Origin: Curvularia clavata
Lineage: Eukaryota
Length of the DNA: 64,000 bases
Direction: 5' to 3'
Assembly: GCA_023920165.1 (NCBI GenBank)
Contig: CP089276.1
Coordinates: 1,922,001-1,986,000, forward strand
Every line of letters starts with the position of its first letter. The first letter of the stretch is position 1. Positions 1 to 13,180 of this stretch are shown here, in pieces. The notes beneath the pieces are model-generated. The model made no database searches, was not told the origin of the DNA, and saw only the letters and a list, made by a program, of their open reading frames with translations. Position numbers and translations under genes: made by a program.

Positions 1-272
1 CATACCGCTGTTCTGGACCATGATGAACAATGAAGAATAAACCTTCTCTTTCCCTCAGCAGAGCCCCACAAGTAGCCCTATTCCGCTTCTAGAGTACTGT
101 AAAAATGACAAAATTCTCAGATCTAGCATGATCTCAGTATATACATGATCTATTGGATACACAGATCCGTAAGGAAACACGGAGCGTTGCAGCGGCGCCT
201 TGCCTATCGGCCTCTAGTTTAAGATATGGATGCCTAATTCGCAAAAAGCACTCTGTATGCTTACAGATTAGC

Positions 273-2082
273 TCACATCGACACTACCATACTCGCAGGG
301 CATTGAGAGATGAGGTGCAAATCGTGGTACTTGTTGTGGCATGACGCTCTTTCTTTCCCCCAGCAATGAAGGCAAATATCGTAGTTCTCGTCACACGTAC
401 AACAATCTGGTGATGAGAGTTAGTAAGCGGGAGTGGTTTTGCGCTGTTGACCAAACTTACGAAGGTAGAGACTGTCCTCTAGCATATCGCGAGAACAGTT
501 GTCGCAGGTGAGATCTATCATTCGGTCGACATTGTACCTTGGGCAGTCTTTTAGAGCATAAAACGCTTGCTTCAACTTCGGGGCCACTCGCAGATCGCTC
601 TGCCCATGGAAGAAGCAGCCCTTGCCCTCATCTATACAAGATCTACAAACGTTGATACGCAAATCGTAAGAACGACCCGACTTTGCATCTTTCACTTTCC
701 TGTCATTTTCCATGCACTTTTTGCATCCTGAGTAACTAACGTAAGCAACAAACTTATGCTATTTCAGAGGTGGTTCTTACTAGAATAATCTTCCGAGGCA
801 GAATAGCTTTTCAGGCAATGGTCGCAGAATGAGGTCAGGAACGCTCCCATTGTATCCTCGGCCGAGACTCCATCCACCGCATACTCTTTGTATGGTTGTT
901 TCATGCGAAATGCAAATTTTCGGCTTTTCACAAATTTCCATTCAGCGAAAACTCGTGATTTTCGCTCAAAGATGCCTGGTTGTGCTTTGGCATAGGCCGC
1001 CTCGCTGTCATCTCTGTCATTCCTTAAATTGATCTGGAGGAGCTGTTCGTGAAGAATTGCAAGTTCTCGTCTGTTGGCTTCTTTCTGCGCTGCATTGCTC
1101 GTCCGTAAGGCCTTTACTTTTTGGTCGAGTACCTCTTGGCGTTTGAAAGACTGGCTGAAAGACTGCTCCCGTAGTTGCAATCGTTGATGCTGTATCTCGA
1201 GCCGTTGCTGCTGTATCTCAAACTGTTGTTGTGCTAGTTTGAGCGTAATCGCATAAACTTCTTTCGCCCGCTGCATTTTCTGCTCATACTCGGCTTGTAG
1301 ATTCGCGAACTGTCTTGCTTCTGCTGCGCGGATTTGCATCAGCTCTTCTCTATGAACGATGGTCTTCGCTGCTTCGGTGTCGTCTACTGAACGCCCATGG
1401 TTGACAATCTCCTCCTGTACCCTCAATGTGACCTTGGGTTGGGGAGCGAACTGGGCAAGGAGTCCAATGCATTCATCCCGTTGATAAGGAATCCGTTCGA
1501 TTCGAGAGCCCTTAGATACCATCTCACCCCACCATTCCCACGTATCAGTAAGCTCTTGTCGGCGGCTCTGAATCGTGGTTTCAGTCTCCATGTCACAAAA
1601 ACTGAGACCGAGCACGATGTTTTTGAAGTTGTTATTGCCGCACAATTTCTTGAACATAAGAAGATTGCGTATCTGAGAGCCCCTTTGGCGAGGGATGTTT
1701 ACTGCTTGGAGGTACAAAAGACCATTCAACAATTGACCTTTCTGGAATGCTTGAGCCATCCAGCGTGCCAACTCACGGTAAACATCTTCGTCATCGCGCT
1801 GGCTATCATCGAAGCCTGGTGTGTCAACCAAGACATATGTGATTCCTGCTGATTGAAAGCGATACTGGGCGATCTCTTGCGTGACTATAAGATGCAGTGG
1901 CGTTAGCTCATCTCTCTGCAGATCGTATAAAGTGAATTTAAATTACGAGACTCAGTGTCAGTGCTGGTAAGTATGTCACTACATTGCGTGACACGTTTGA
2001 TGAAACTGCTTTTGCCGCTTCCAGTGACCCCAACAACTCCGATAACCACTTCATTAGCGTTAGTACTCCATGGAGATGACAT
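273..2082 (-). CDS. P-loop GTPase (AIG1/MMR_HSR1/septin-like) with central coiled coil and two C-terminal ZZ-type zinc fingers; 4 exons (2082-1947, 1884-781, 727-461, 406-273)
   Basis: G1 VGVTGSGKSS in exon 1 and G3 LVDTPGFDD in exon 2, followed by a Q/E/K/R-rich helical region. GT..AG introns at 1946-1885, 780-728 and 460-407 join the ORF fragments in frame, giving CDHC..RCKKC..VCRSC..C..H and CDNC..HCCTCDENYDICLHC..CHNKYH. Stop TGA at 275-273. Confidence 0.8.
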
Positions 2083-2768
2083 TCTCAACGGATTGTAGAA
2101 GCTTTCTGCAGAGTATGGAAGTTTCTTGAGGTATTGGGCAGGTTGCGAGGCTGAGACGCAGCCTTGCCCAAGTCGACTCCACCAACGCGTCTAGCATCCA
2201 GCAACTGAGATCCAGCCTCACATAAGGCCCCCCACACCTCCCCGCGAAAAGTGCAGAATGATCTGACTTGTTGATAGCTACAACCACGCCTAGACTTATG
2301 GTGCAATATTTTTCAAAAAGCCCAGTAACTATACTAATAGCCTTTCTAAGTTATACTGCATGGAAATTAAATCAGAATATTAAGTGGTGATTGAGTTATG
2401 GCACTATGAATGTTGGTATCCACCGTTCTGCATGTTCGCTAGGTGTCCCATTACCTGTGCCACAAAGATATCTATTTTAATAGCCGAGATCCAGCCCGAA
2501 AGCAAATATGCATTACATCACGCAATGATTGGCGGAATTGGTTCGATAGCGGATTATCTTTGATCCTTCGCAAGCCTGATAGAGATACAAGGCTGTCTCA
2601 ACTTGCCAAGTGTTGGTGGTGGTAAGACATTTCAAGGCAGATAATGCCCATATATCGTATCTCTGTGCTGCTGCAATCCGTTCTTACACTACAAAGCCAG
2701 TCTCATACCTGTTGAAAAAATCCAGGCCTGTCGGGCAGTCCCTCCACAGTAGCACACACTGACCCAGC

Positions 2769-4186
2769 ATGGCGAGCTCAGACTCCCTTAGCAACATCAT
2801 CAGGTATGCAACGATCCTTGTAGCGATACACGACTTCATCTTAAGGCCTTCATAGCGCCGGCGACATCATCATTCCGATAATGGGTATTACTGGCTCCGG
2901 CAAATCCACTTTCATTGCACGCTGTACCGGAAATGAAACTGGAATCGGACATAAATTGCAATCACGTAAAGACATACCTTTTTCTTAGAATCAATGATAG
3001 AGAATGAAGTGCGCTTTACTGACCCAATCTAGATACAAGCGAAGTTTTGATCCAATCCTTCAAGTACAAGGGCCATACGGTTAGACTGGTTGATACTCCT
3101 GGGTTCGACGACAGCCGTAGCGAATTTGACGATGCCCAAATTCTTAATCAGATTGCAGGTTGGCTCATGCTTGCCAGCAAACATAGCCCACCTCTCACAC
3201 TCAATGGGATCATCTATCTTCACCCGATCAACGAGGCTGGAGGCCGGATGAGGGGCACAGCAAAGAATAATCTGAATATGTTTCAGGCCATGTGCGGTGA
3301 CGAGCCTATGTCAAGTGTTGTCATCGTAACGACAATGTGGTCCAAGGTCAAAGAAGGCACTGGCCTGGACCTGCAAAAACAGCTTTCTGAACGGTACTGG
3401 AACTCCATGATAGATGCGGGTTCCAAAGTCGTGAAACATGATGATACTTCGGCTTCTGCGTTGCGTATTATTGAGCATATCATAGACCGTAAGGCACAGG
3501 TGAAGATGGGGCTTCAGACGCAACTCGTAGAAGGAGGAATGAAGTTGGAAGAAACTAGTGCGGGTCAGCAACTAAGAAGCAAGGTGATTGAGGAGCAGAA
3601 CAGAGCTAGGAACAAGCTTCAAGATGCACAGCAAGACCTTGAGCAAGCTCTTAGGGACCGCGACAACACAACAGCAAACGAGATACTCGAGCTGCAAGCG
3701 AAACACGATGCAATGATACGCGCAAAAGAGGATGAACTAAACAGCATGAAAAGAAGAGCAGATGATCTGTACCAGCGAACTCTCGAATCGTTGGCTGCTG
3801 CCGAAAAAGAGAACGCGCGACTTCAAAAGGAAGCAGAAGAGAATGTAGCTGCAATAAAAAAGCAGATTGAAGTTGCGAATAGACAGCAGTTGGAAAGATA
3901 CAACCCGCCTCCACCAAGCTACAGCAGCTACAGTGGCTACAGCGGTGCGAGCTTGGGTCGTCGGGATCCTGTGGCTGAGATGCAGCTGCAATTGCAAGAG
4001 AAACAAAGAGAGGCTGAGCTGCGCAGACAGGATGTGCAGATGCAGACTTTCTTTCACTATGCCTCGATGGACATTGCAAAGCAACAGCTTGATGAAGCCA
4101 AGCGGAGTGCGAAGTGGGGTAAGGCTGGTGCAGTCATGAGCACTGTCGGAGCTGTGGCTGCCGTTATGTCTTGCAACGTCATGTAA
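2769..4186 (+). CDS. P-loop GTPase of the same family with coiled coil and C-terminal CaaX motif; 3 exons (2769-2803, 2856-2965, 3033-4186)
   Basis: G1 MGITGSGKST in exon 2, G3 LVDTPGFDD, LNGIIYLHPI, G4-like TTMWS, family motif LEETSAG and a long coiled coil; ends SCNVM*. Introns GTATGC..TAG and GTAAAG..TAG keep the frame. Confidence 0.85.
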
Positions 4187-4434
4187 TCCTTTCAGCCAGT
4201 GTCCAAATTGATGTCTGCTGGGTTAATGCATCAAGGTTGTGGTTGAACAAACCACCGCCAGTGAGCGCGGAGAAGGGGAGGACTTTTGGTAGAAATACAT
4301 TAAACTTTTTCTTCCTCTGACATTATAGTGAGCAGTATTTCCTGCTTGGCCCGTATCTAAGCAATGTTCATCACCTTTTGCATTGATGTATGCTCTGATA
4401 CCTTTCTTTCTGGTCGGCCTACTAGGGCCGCTAC

Positions 4435-5334
4435 CTATAGTTCTTCTTTGTCAATTGGTACTCTGTTATACCCTTCTGCCCCCCAAACCCCATAATTGAA
4501 CATTCCCTTAACTTCACTTCCAATAGTGTCTAGCGCAAACGCTTGGAGGCTCGTTCCAATGATGTCCATCGTTATCGGTATCAATTTTTCAAAACGATAC
4601 GGAGGAGAACACCGGATAATCACCAAAATCATCCACTCTGAAATTCCTTGCACGTCAATGAGCGGATGCTTATCTGGCTGAGACTCCCTGCCTGCCCAGC
4701 GGTAGAGTGTCAAACTCATACCAGTCATTGTTTCAAGCTTACTGCGCTGCAAACTCGTCTCCAGGTAGTGTGCTAGCAGCTTGGCACTTTGTAGGTCCCA
4801 CCCATATGGAGTACAGAGATTGATTCTGGTAATCGTTTCTGAAGATGCTCCGGAAAACTTTGCACATGCTAACTCACTGCGTAGGTCCGAAAAATACATG
4901 TATGGACGCTCTATCTCTTTATAAACGGCGAATTTGGCATTGACGATATCGAAGACCATTGCGTTCTTGTCGCCATACCCTACCGGCTTCTCGTCCTCTG
5001 CAAGGGACCTGGTCTGTTCCAGATTCAATTTCCGGCTGACGTTGTAGTACGGCTGATTTTTCAAGACACCTATGTCGCCCACGAAACATGTGTACATGTA
5101 GGCAGGCCACTTGTCCGGTTTCTCTTCGTGCGAGTAATCAGTGGCGCCATTGAGGGCGACACCACGTACACAGGCGTCTATGTTGGCGCCAGAAGAAGCG
5201 TCCTTGGGGATATTGAGGAGATCCTTGTTATGGAGTTTGGTCCATCGATGGAATGTCTCGGCGTTGGAGTCGTTAGGAGAGCGGAGAAGTGGGTGAACGA
5301 GTAGTACACCGGGTTGAGGAGAGATAGAACCCAT
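4435..5334 (-). CDS. Hypothetical protein, possibly EthD-like/dimeric alpha-beta barrel
   Basis: 299-aa ORF. N-terminal FHRWTKLHNKDLLNIP resembles the F.RW...H..D.L.IP signature of fungal EthD-like proteins. An unrecognised in-frame intron is possible. Confidence 0.5.
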   Translation of the reverse strand: MGSISPQPGVLLVHPLLRSPNDSNAETFHRWTKLHNKDLLNIPKDASSGANIDACVRGVALNGATDYSHEEKPDKWPAYMYTCFVGDIGVLKNQPYYNVSRKLNLEQTRSLAEDEKPVGYGDKNAMVFDIVNAKFAVYKEIERPYMYFSDLRSELACAKFSGASSETITRINLCTPYGWDLQSAKLLAHYLETSLQRSKLETMTGMSLTLYRWAGRESQPDKHPLIDVQGISEWMILVIIRCSPPYRFEKLIPITMDIIGTSLQAFALDTIGSEVKGMFNYGVWGAEGYNRVPIDKEEL

Positions 5335-6528
5335 GATTTCTTTGGAGAGTGTGGAAATTGAGGCAAATAGTTTTGATGGGAAAAATTCGCCGATTCGGAA
5401 AATACGTTATTCTGACCCTGAAACGGTCCTCTTTTCGAGATTACTGCAAGCTAGAAAGAAGACTGTATGTAAAAGCGCCTGTGGAAAGAGCAAATTATAT
5501 CTGTCAAAGCAGGGGCGAAAAAGAAAAGCCATCTACTACCAAAGACTGCGAGGCTTATTTGTTCAAACACGACATGGGATTTCGTAGCTCCTTTCTTTCT
5601 CATCTCAGCTATTGGTGAGTGCGTTTATTTGGTAACGGGAAAAGGGCATTGGGGTCCCGGACGTGCAGCACTAGGCATGCATGCCCTATCTGATGCTGCA
5701 TATGACATGCATGCATCCCTCATTCCACATGTAAGAAGGAAATAATTTGGAAGAAACCACAGTGTATAGCCAGTCCGGTTGCATCGGCAAGGCAGGTGTG
5801 TAGTCTAACGCACGATTCCCGGTGTGCTGAGAGGCATCTCGGCCCCTCTATCACTCTCTATACCATCACCACCGCGTGTCTTCGTGTATAAGTTTATCCA
5901 AACTACGACATGAATAATTGTACGAATGTCAAATTGCAGGAACACGAAAGGACTAGACAAAATAAGAATTTTTTTCGAGTACATATGATCAACAAGCACA
6001 ACGTCTCCAAGCCACCCACTTCATCATCTCAGTTCCTTGGAAACATTACACATTGCAAAACCTGGCGCAATTTTTCTAGATCAGACAAGACACACCTATT
6101 CACTTTGGCAGAGAAACAAGAACAAAAAACAAAGAAACCAACTGCAACAACAAACACAATTAACGAATACCTCGAGCAGACACGATAGAGATACACAAAA
6201 CGCAAGAGCCCTCGCTCATAATCCAACCTCCAAAAATCCCCAATCAAGGAAACAAGAAACAATCGTTCACGTCCATGGTCTCAACTCACCATACCAATCA
6301 CACAGAATGGACTCATGACACTTTTAATCGGCCTTGAAGCTACCCACCTAACAAACATGTCCGCCTTGAATCTCCAGTCTGCACTATCCCCTTTCCTCTC
6401 ACCCTCAAAAATAGTGCCGATCCCTCTCCTCTCATCCTCAGACCCAGTCAATTCAAACCAATATAAACCAGGAGCAGGAAAAAAAACATGCAATACAAAA
6501 GCTGCCATACGCTTTCACACTCTGAGAT

Positions 6529-6551
6529 AAAAAAAAAAAAAAAAAAAAAAA
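6529..6551. repeat. Mononucleotide A23 tract
   Basis: Direct count of the A run, downstream of the RSC4-like gene. Confidence 0.9.
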
Positions 6552-6822
6552 CGACTCCAAAAATTCTTCCAATGCAAAAATACCTCATACCCAATTGCCA
6601 TTTCCCCAGATAAGCTAGATATGAATAGAAAGAGGTAGAAGAGAAGGACAAGAGAAAATCAGAACCTCTCTTCACATTCGCCTACCGCAGCAGTGCAAAT
6701 GCCAAAAAACACACTACTTTCGCATTTCCCCGCAAAAAAACTCCCGTCAATGAATCCTCGCCGACCCAATCTCAGAGCATTACTCTACCACCCTCAAATT
6801 CCAAATCGACCAAGAGAAAACT

Positions 6823-9613
6823 CTAATTGGTCGCCTGCCTGGGTAAATGCAAGAAAATCGTACACTTTTCAATTTCCACGTCGTCCTTCTTCGCCGCTCC
6901 AGCATTGGCATTCTCATTCTGTTCTTTCCGCTCCTTCTCGGCAATGATTTCAACTTCTATACGGTTGACGCCACCAAGGAGCTTAGCTTCGAACAACGGC
7001 TCTCCCTTTTTCTTTCCGCCTTCGTAGCCGGGACCAGGAGTGGCACCATTGATGCCTGCTGTGACAGGGACGCGGTTCGCCTCGAGAGTCTTGTTGCCGT
7101 TGACGGTGACAAAAAGACGGTACATGCGGTTGGTGAGGGCGATGGGGATCTTGGGTATGATTTGGATGTACGAGTGGCTGGGGGCGACGACCATGGTGGC
7201 GCTGTATGTCGTCTTTTGGGTGTTGGCGAGGATGTTGACGGACCATGGCTTTGAGGCACTGAGTGCAGGGTGGGTGTTGAGTGAGATCTTTGGTATTAGT
7301 GCTTCTTCAGGGCCTGCATAATTGTTAGAAAAAAAATAACCCCATTAAACAGACTACACCTACTCTTGAGTGGAACTTTTCTGAAGCAATCAACTCGGGG
7401 TACAGGAGGCGCATGGTAACTCTGTGGCTGTTGAGGAGCGTAGTGGCCATTCTGCAGACCAAGACCGTTTGGATGTGGACTGCCGCTTCCCGGGCGGGAC
7501 ATATTCTGTGGTGGAGCCATGTTCGGATGTGGCGTTTGTACCGGAACACTGAGTCGTGAGTTGTCGGGTGCCGTGCTCGCAGGCCTTATCGCGCTCAACG
7601 CCGGAGATTGTACATCTTGCTTGACACCGTTGACAGGTGAACCCGCAGTCCTGCTCTGGCTTGCGGTCGATGGAGGATTATTTGAAGCGCCGCCCTTTGA
7701 CCCGACAAATGGATTTGTGGATGCTCCAGGGGTTCCTGCTTCGCCTGATGCGGCCCGCGATGACCGGTTGCCCATGCTATTGAGCACATGTCGTTGCTGT
7801 CGTAAAAGAGCGTCATTGTCGACAATGACACCTGGTGTTGCAGAATCGCGAGCACTTGGCGTATGAGGTTCTGAACCTGGGCTTGGTTTGAGCTTGAGCT
7901 TCAATTGCTGTTTAGGAGCCGCTGATGCTGTGGACATATTGAGCTTGAGCTTGGGCTGTGCTGGCTCGTTGACCTTTGATTTGGCTTCCTCGAGTTTCTT
8001 GTAAAAGATTTCCTGTAAGAGTCAGTAAAAGGCTGTTCAAAATTGGTGGGTTGACGTACCTCGAGTTCTAACGAAAGGTTGTAAATATCGCTGCCATCTT
8101 CGTTATAGATGCGTGCGTTCTTCCAGATCAAGCTGAATGCACTCTCAAAAGCGTCCCAGCTTTTGAAAAGGGTATGGCCTGTGGGAGCTTCACGTCCAAC
8201 AACGCCGCGAACCTTCTTCTGTATCGCAGATAGTGACATGGGATCCTTGATCAGCTGGTAGTAGTCTTTCAAGCTGCGTGATGGAAGATTGTGGAAGGGG
8301 ATGAATATTTGTAGGCCTTGGTCCTCGTAATCCATAATCTCACGCACAATCTGCTCCTGTGCCTGCTGGAATGTCTTGCCCTCGTAGTCTGCGCCATCGT
8401 TGTCTTCCGGTACTGCAGAGGCTGATTGTCGCAGTTTTGACGGGGCTGGTGTAGCTGATGCTGCCAGGGCGGCTGCCCGTCGAGGACGTTCAACGGTTTC
8501 ATGGGTAGCGGGTGTCTGTGGGGCCTTGGGTGTTGACGTAACGCGGGGCGACGGTCTTGACGGAGTAGAGTTGTCTTCACCAGGGATGGGCGTAGCTACT
8601 GCGACGTAGTTGCCGTCTCGGTATGCTGGGTTGTGCTTAACCATCCAATTTGAGGCGGTTTTGCGGAGGCGCTCGGCATCTTCGTATATGAGTGACTTCT
8701 TGTCGTTGTATGTCTTTGCATTGTTGACGAGCCGTTTACAGTCGCTCTCGACTTGGGCGAGGCTGGAATATTCGCCGTTGAGCAGTTTTTTCTGGGCGCC
8801 TTGTGTCAGCAATGGCACACTGGCTTACGAGTAGCAATTGGGAGTATGTGGTGGTGCTGTTGAATTCGTATTGGGGGAAAGACGCGTAGCGAGCATGTGA
8901 AGGAGCAGGCAGGTGGAAAGCGTACCTCGATGGTGTCAATGGCAATAGGTAGCTTGGTGAACTCGTAGTACTCGGGCACTTCGTCCTAGATAGAAACGTT
9001 AGCCTAGGCCGTGACAGAAGGCTAGCTAGAGCATACCCTGTCTGGAAGCGTGAGGAAGTGAACTGCAATGGGTCGTCCACTATAAGCCGTTAGTAAGAAT
9101 TCCGGAAGATGGCTTGCTGGGGCAGCATGGAAACTGTCCCCTGCAAGACTAGGGACAAAGGGAGAGCACGCACGTCTTGTCCTTTGCCTGCCTTAAGCTG
9201 TCGAGGAACTTCAAGCCCGCTGTTGTCGTTGATTCTACCGTCTCCGAGTTTGCATTGGTTTCGGCCTGCACGCGAGCGGATCGCAGTCAGCATTGTTTCG
9301 CCCGTCATTCCGTGGTGTTTCCCTAGTCTCGGATGCATCGCCGGTGTGCGCGTGGTGTTTGGGGGAGCGCGGAGGGGTCGACGGAGGTGGTGGTGGCCTG
9401 CTCGTCGAGCCGCCCAGGTGTCGCGCGCTCTTGTCCAAAGCCCATCCCGCATCGCGACCAAGACGCATCGTGCATCTCCAGAACACAGCCCCGACGATGC
9501 ATCAAACCTCCCCCATGGACTGCACGTACCGGCCCTTTTTGCCGCTTCGCAGGGCGATTGTCGTGCTCGGCTGCAGCGGCGCTTGCGGCTTTCCGCTTGG
9601 CCGCGCTCTCCAT
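6823..9613 (-). CDS. RSC4: Tandem-bromodomain RSC chromatin-remodelling subunit (Rsc4/polybromo-like), multi-exon
   Basis: Spliced exons give MESAAKRK..KGP / AETNAN..AKDK / TGRPIAVHFLTLPDR / DEVPEYYEFTKLPIAIDTIE / KKLLNGEY..LVNNAKTYN (bromodomain 1) and DYYQLIKDPMSL..IWKNARIYNEDGSDIY (bromodomain 2), then a C-terminal beta-rich domain ending GVNRIEVEIIA..EKCTIFLHL. Confidence 0.75.
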
Positions 9614-10028
9614 TTCCAGTACTTTTGGGATCGCGTAGTCTATCCGAGCAGGTTGCAGAAGGTCTCAATGCGAGTAGGGATTGTGGCGGCGGTGCAGTGA
9701 ATTGCGCGTTCGGTCGTCAACCCGGTGGACGCGCCGCAGTGTCAATCTAGGGTTCTCCCGACTTTGCCAAGAGCGGCGCACGAGCCAGCCGCGCATCACC
9801 GTCGTAGTTGGAGACATTAACCTGCAGCAACAACGTCACAGCACATCGTCTCCCAAATCAGACCGCAAACACTGAAATGACCATTCAAGAGCTACTAGGT
9901 GATGAATCCTGGCTGCTGTCTCTCAGGGGTATACAGGGAACAAGGAGACCGTCCGCTAACGCTGCAGCAACCCCATATTTGCCAGTACAGCTTTGAAATA
10001 AGAGAAAAGACTGCCCACCAACCCCTCT

Positions 10029-11528
<1,500 letters not shown>

Positions 11529-12488
11529 GATGGGCGAGTCGGAGTGCAGTTATACGACTGCGACAGGCGTGTGTTTGGGCTGGGGGGTCAGACTCGGGAG
11601 TGCCTGTCAGGCGCGTTGTCCAACAGTTCAGCTGGCTGTGGGGGGGGGCGGTTGATGAGGGGTAGGTAGATATCAGCGGTTATGTAGCAGGGCGTTGTCC
11701 GCAAGAAAAGCCAAGGGCCAGCAGTGCAAGGCAAGAGAAAAGGAGGCGCCTGGCTGGGTTGGGTCAGCAGCAGGAGTCAGTCGACGTCTGATATTGAACG
11801 AGCTGGAGGTGCACCTGGGCCAACGGTGGGGGCAGGCGCACCTGAAGGGGTCGTGTCCGCCTCGCGGCCTGTGGCTGATAACTCATGAGGCGCAGCGCAG
11901 GCTAGCCGTGGACTAGCTGCCACACCAACCCGACATTGTCGTTCTATTTTTGTTTTCCACGCCTGCAAGGCTGTATTGGCGTCGCATTCCAAAGCGCAAT
12001 CTTGGGCATATCTGCTATTATACGCCCATGTATCAGCAATATCCAGCCTGGGCTATTTTGGCCTGCCGCGCTTGTCAGCCGCCATCACTCCACTGTGGCT
12101 CCGGAGCAGCGAGCAGGGGCCGTGTCCAGTCCACCCGGTAGCGCGTCTGCATGCATTCATCTTGTCGTGGGCACACGGTCAGTGCATGGCGAGGAAAGAG
12201 AATGCCAGTCTAGCGACGAACGGCTGCTGTCAAAAGGCCTAGTTGCCGTTGTTCCAGGGCCCATCCCGAAAGGGGCAGCGGGTGTGGAGTGGGAGCAAGG
12301 CTGGCAGGTTTTGCATGTGCCATTGCTACGTCATGCCCGTTGCGCCTACTACATAAAATCAGGGTCTCAATCAACACACAGCTATTTCATCTCATCTGCT
12401 CACTTCTTGTTCTTCTTTGCCCCAGTATCCTTTCTACCAATTCCATTACCCCTCACACCACGCAAACACTCTCTCCACTCATCCAACC

Positions 12489-12845
12489 ATGGCTGTCAGC
12501 TTTCTCACCATCTTGGCGGGTCTAGTTGCCCTAACCGCAGTCTACTTGTACTTCTTCGGCATCTCGCCTGAGCTGAAGCGAAAGATGGAACGACAGGCCC
12601 TCAAGACCATGGGCGAAAACAAAATGTCTTACATGACAAAGGGTAAGTCGCCGTGTTCCTGCATATCAGACATCTGCTGACGCTCTCCAGACGCCATCAA
12701 CAAGGTTCCTGCCTCTGACCAAGAGGATGTCAAGAACCTCAAGAAGGGTGTCAGCAACCTTGCCGGCGGTGCCATGCAGAATCCGCTTGGAGAGCATGCT
12801 GGTGAAGCTGCAGACAGCCTTACCAGTCCTCTTACTGGTCGCTAA
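12489..12845 (+). CDS. Small single-pass membrane hypothetical protein (~102 aa), 2 exons (12489-12642, 12691-12845)
   Basis: Hydrophobic N-terminus MAVSFLTILAGLVALTAVYLYFFG. Intron GTAAGT..CTGAC..CAG; exon 2 continues DAINKVPASDQEDVKNLKKG..PLTGR*. Confidence 0.75.
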
Positions 12846-13180
12846 TGCCTCCTTTGTGTGCAGTTCGCGCGGTTACCCAAATCCGGGACTCATCGGCGAA
12901 TTTGGCCAACAAGGCACCAGATCCACAATGACGAGCAAGGCGCAGGCTGCGGTTCAGTAACAGGTCCTGGAGAAAGCGGAGTAACGGCGTATGAAAAGTT
13001 GGGTGGAAAGGTGGTTGGACGTCCTCGATGAACGGCTGGTTGTTCGTTTGCAGATCGGATTGGCTCTTCTCTTTCCCCGGCGGTTCTGATGAATTTCCCA
13101 CGACTCTAACGATTCCTTTGTAATGACATCTGATATCTCATGACCCTCAATCAACCAATCAATATCTTGCCCTCACATCC

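Noticed and set aside
420..713. 97-aa Cys-rich ORF as an independent gene
   Set aside because: Canonical splice sites join it in frame to the upstream GTPase.
6529..6551. A23 tract as a retro-element poly(A) tail
   Set aside because: No target-site duplication or element body seen; it lies in an A-rich region downstream of RSC4.
9090..9750. Several overlapping 100-210 aa ORFs on both strands
   Set aside because: GC-rich first exon, first intron and 5' region of the RSC4-like gene; explained by the spliced model.
11936..12571. 211-aa plus-strand ORF between cmkA and the small membrane gene
   Set aside because: Non-ATG start, no motifs, and it overlaps the promoter and start of the real gene in another frame.
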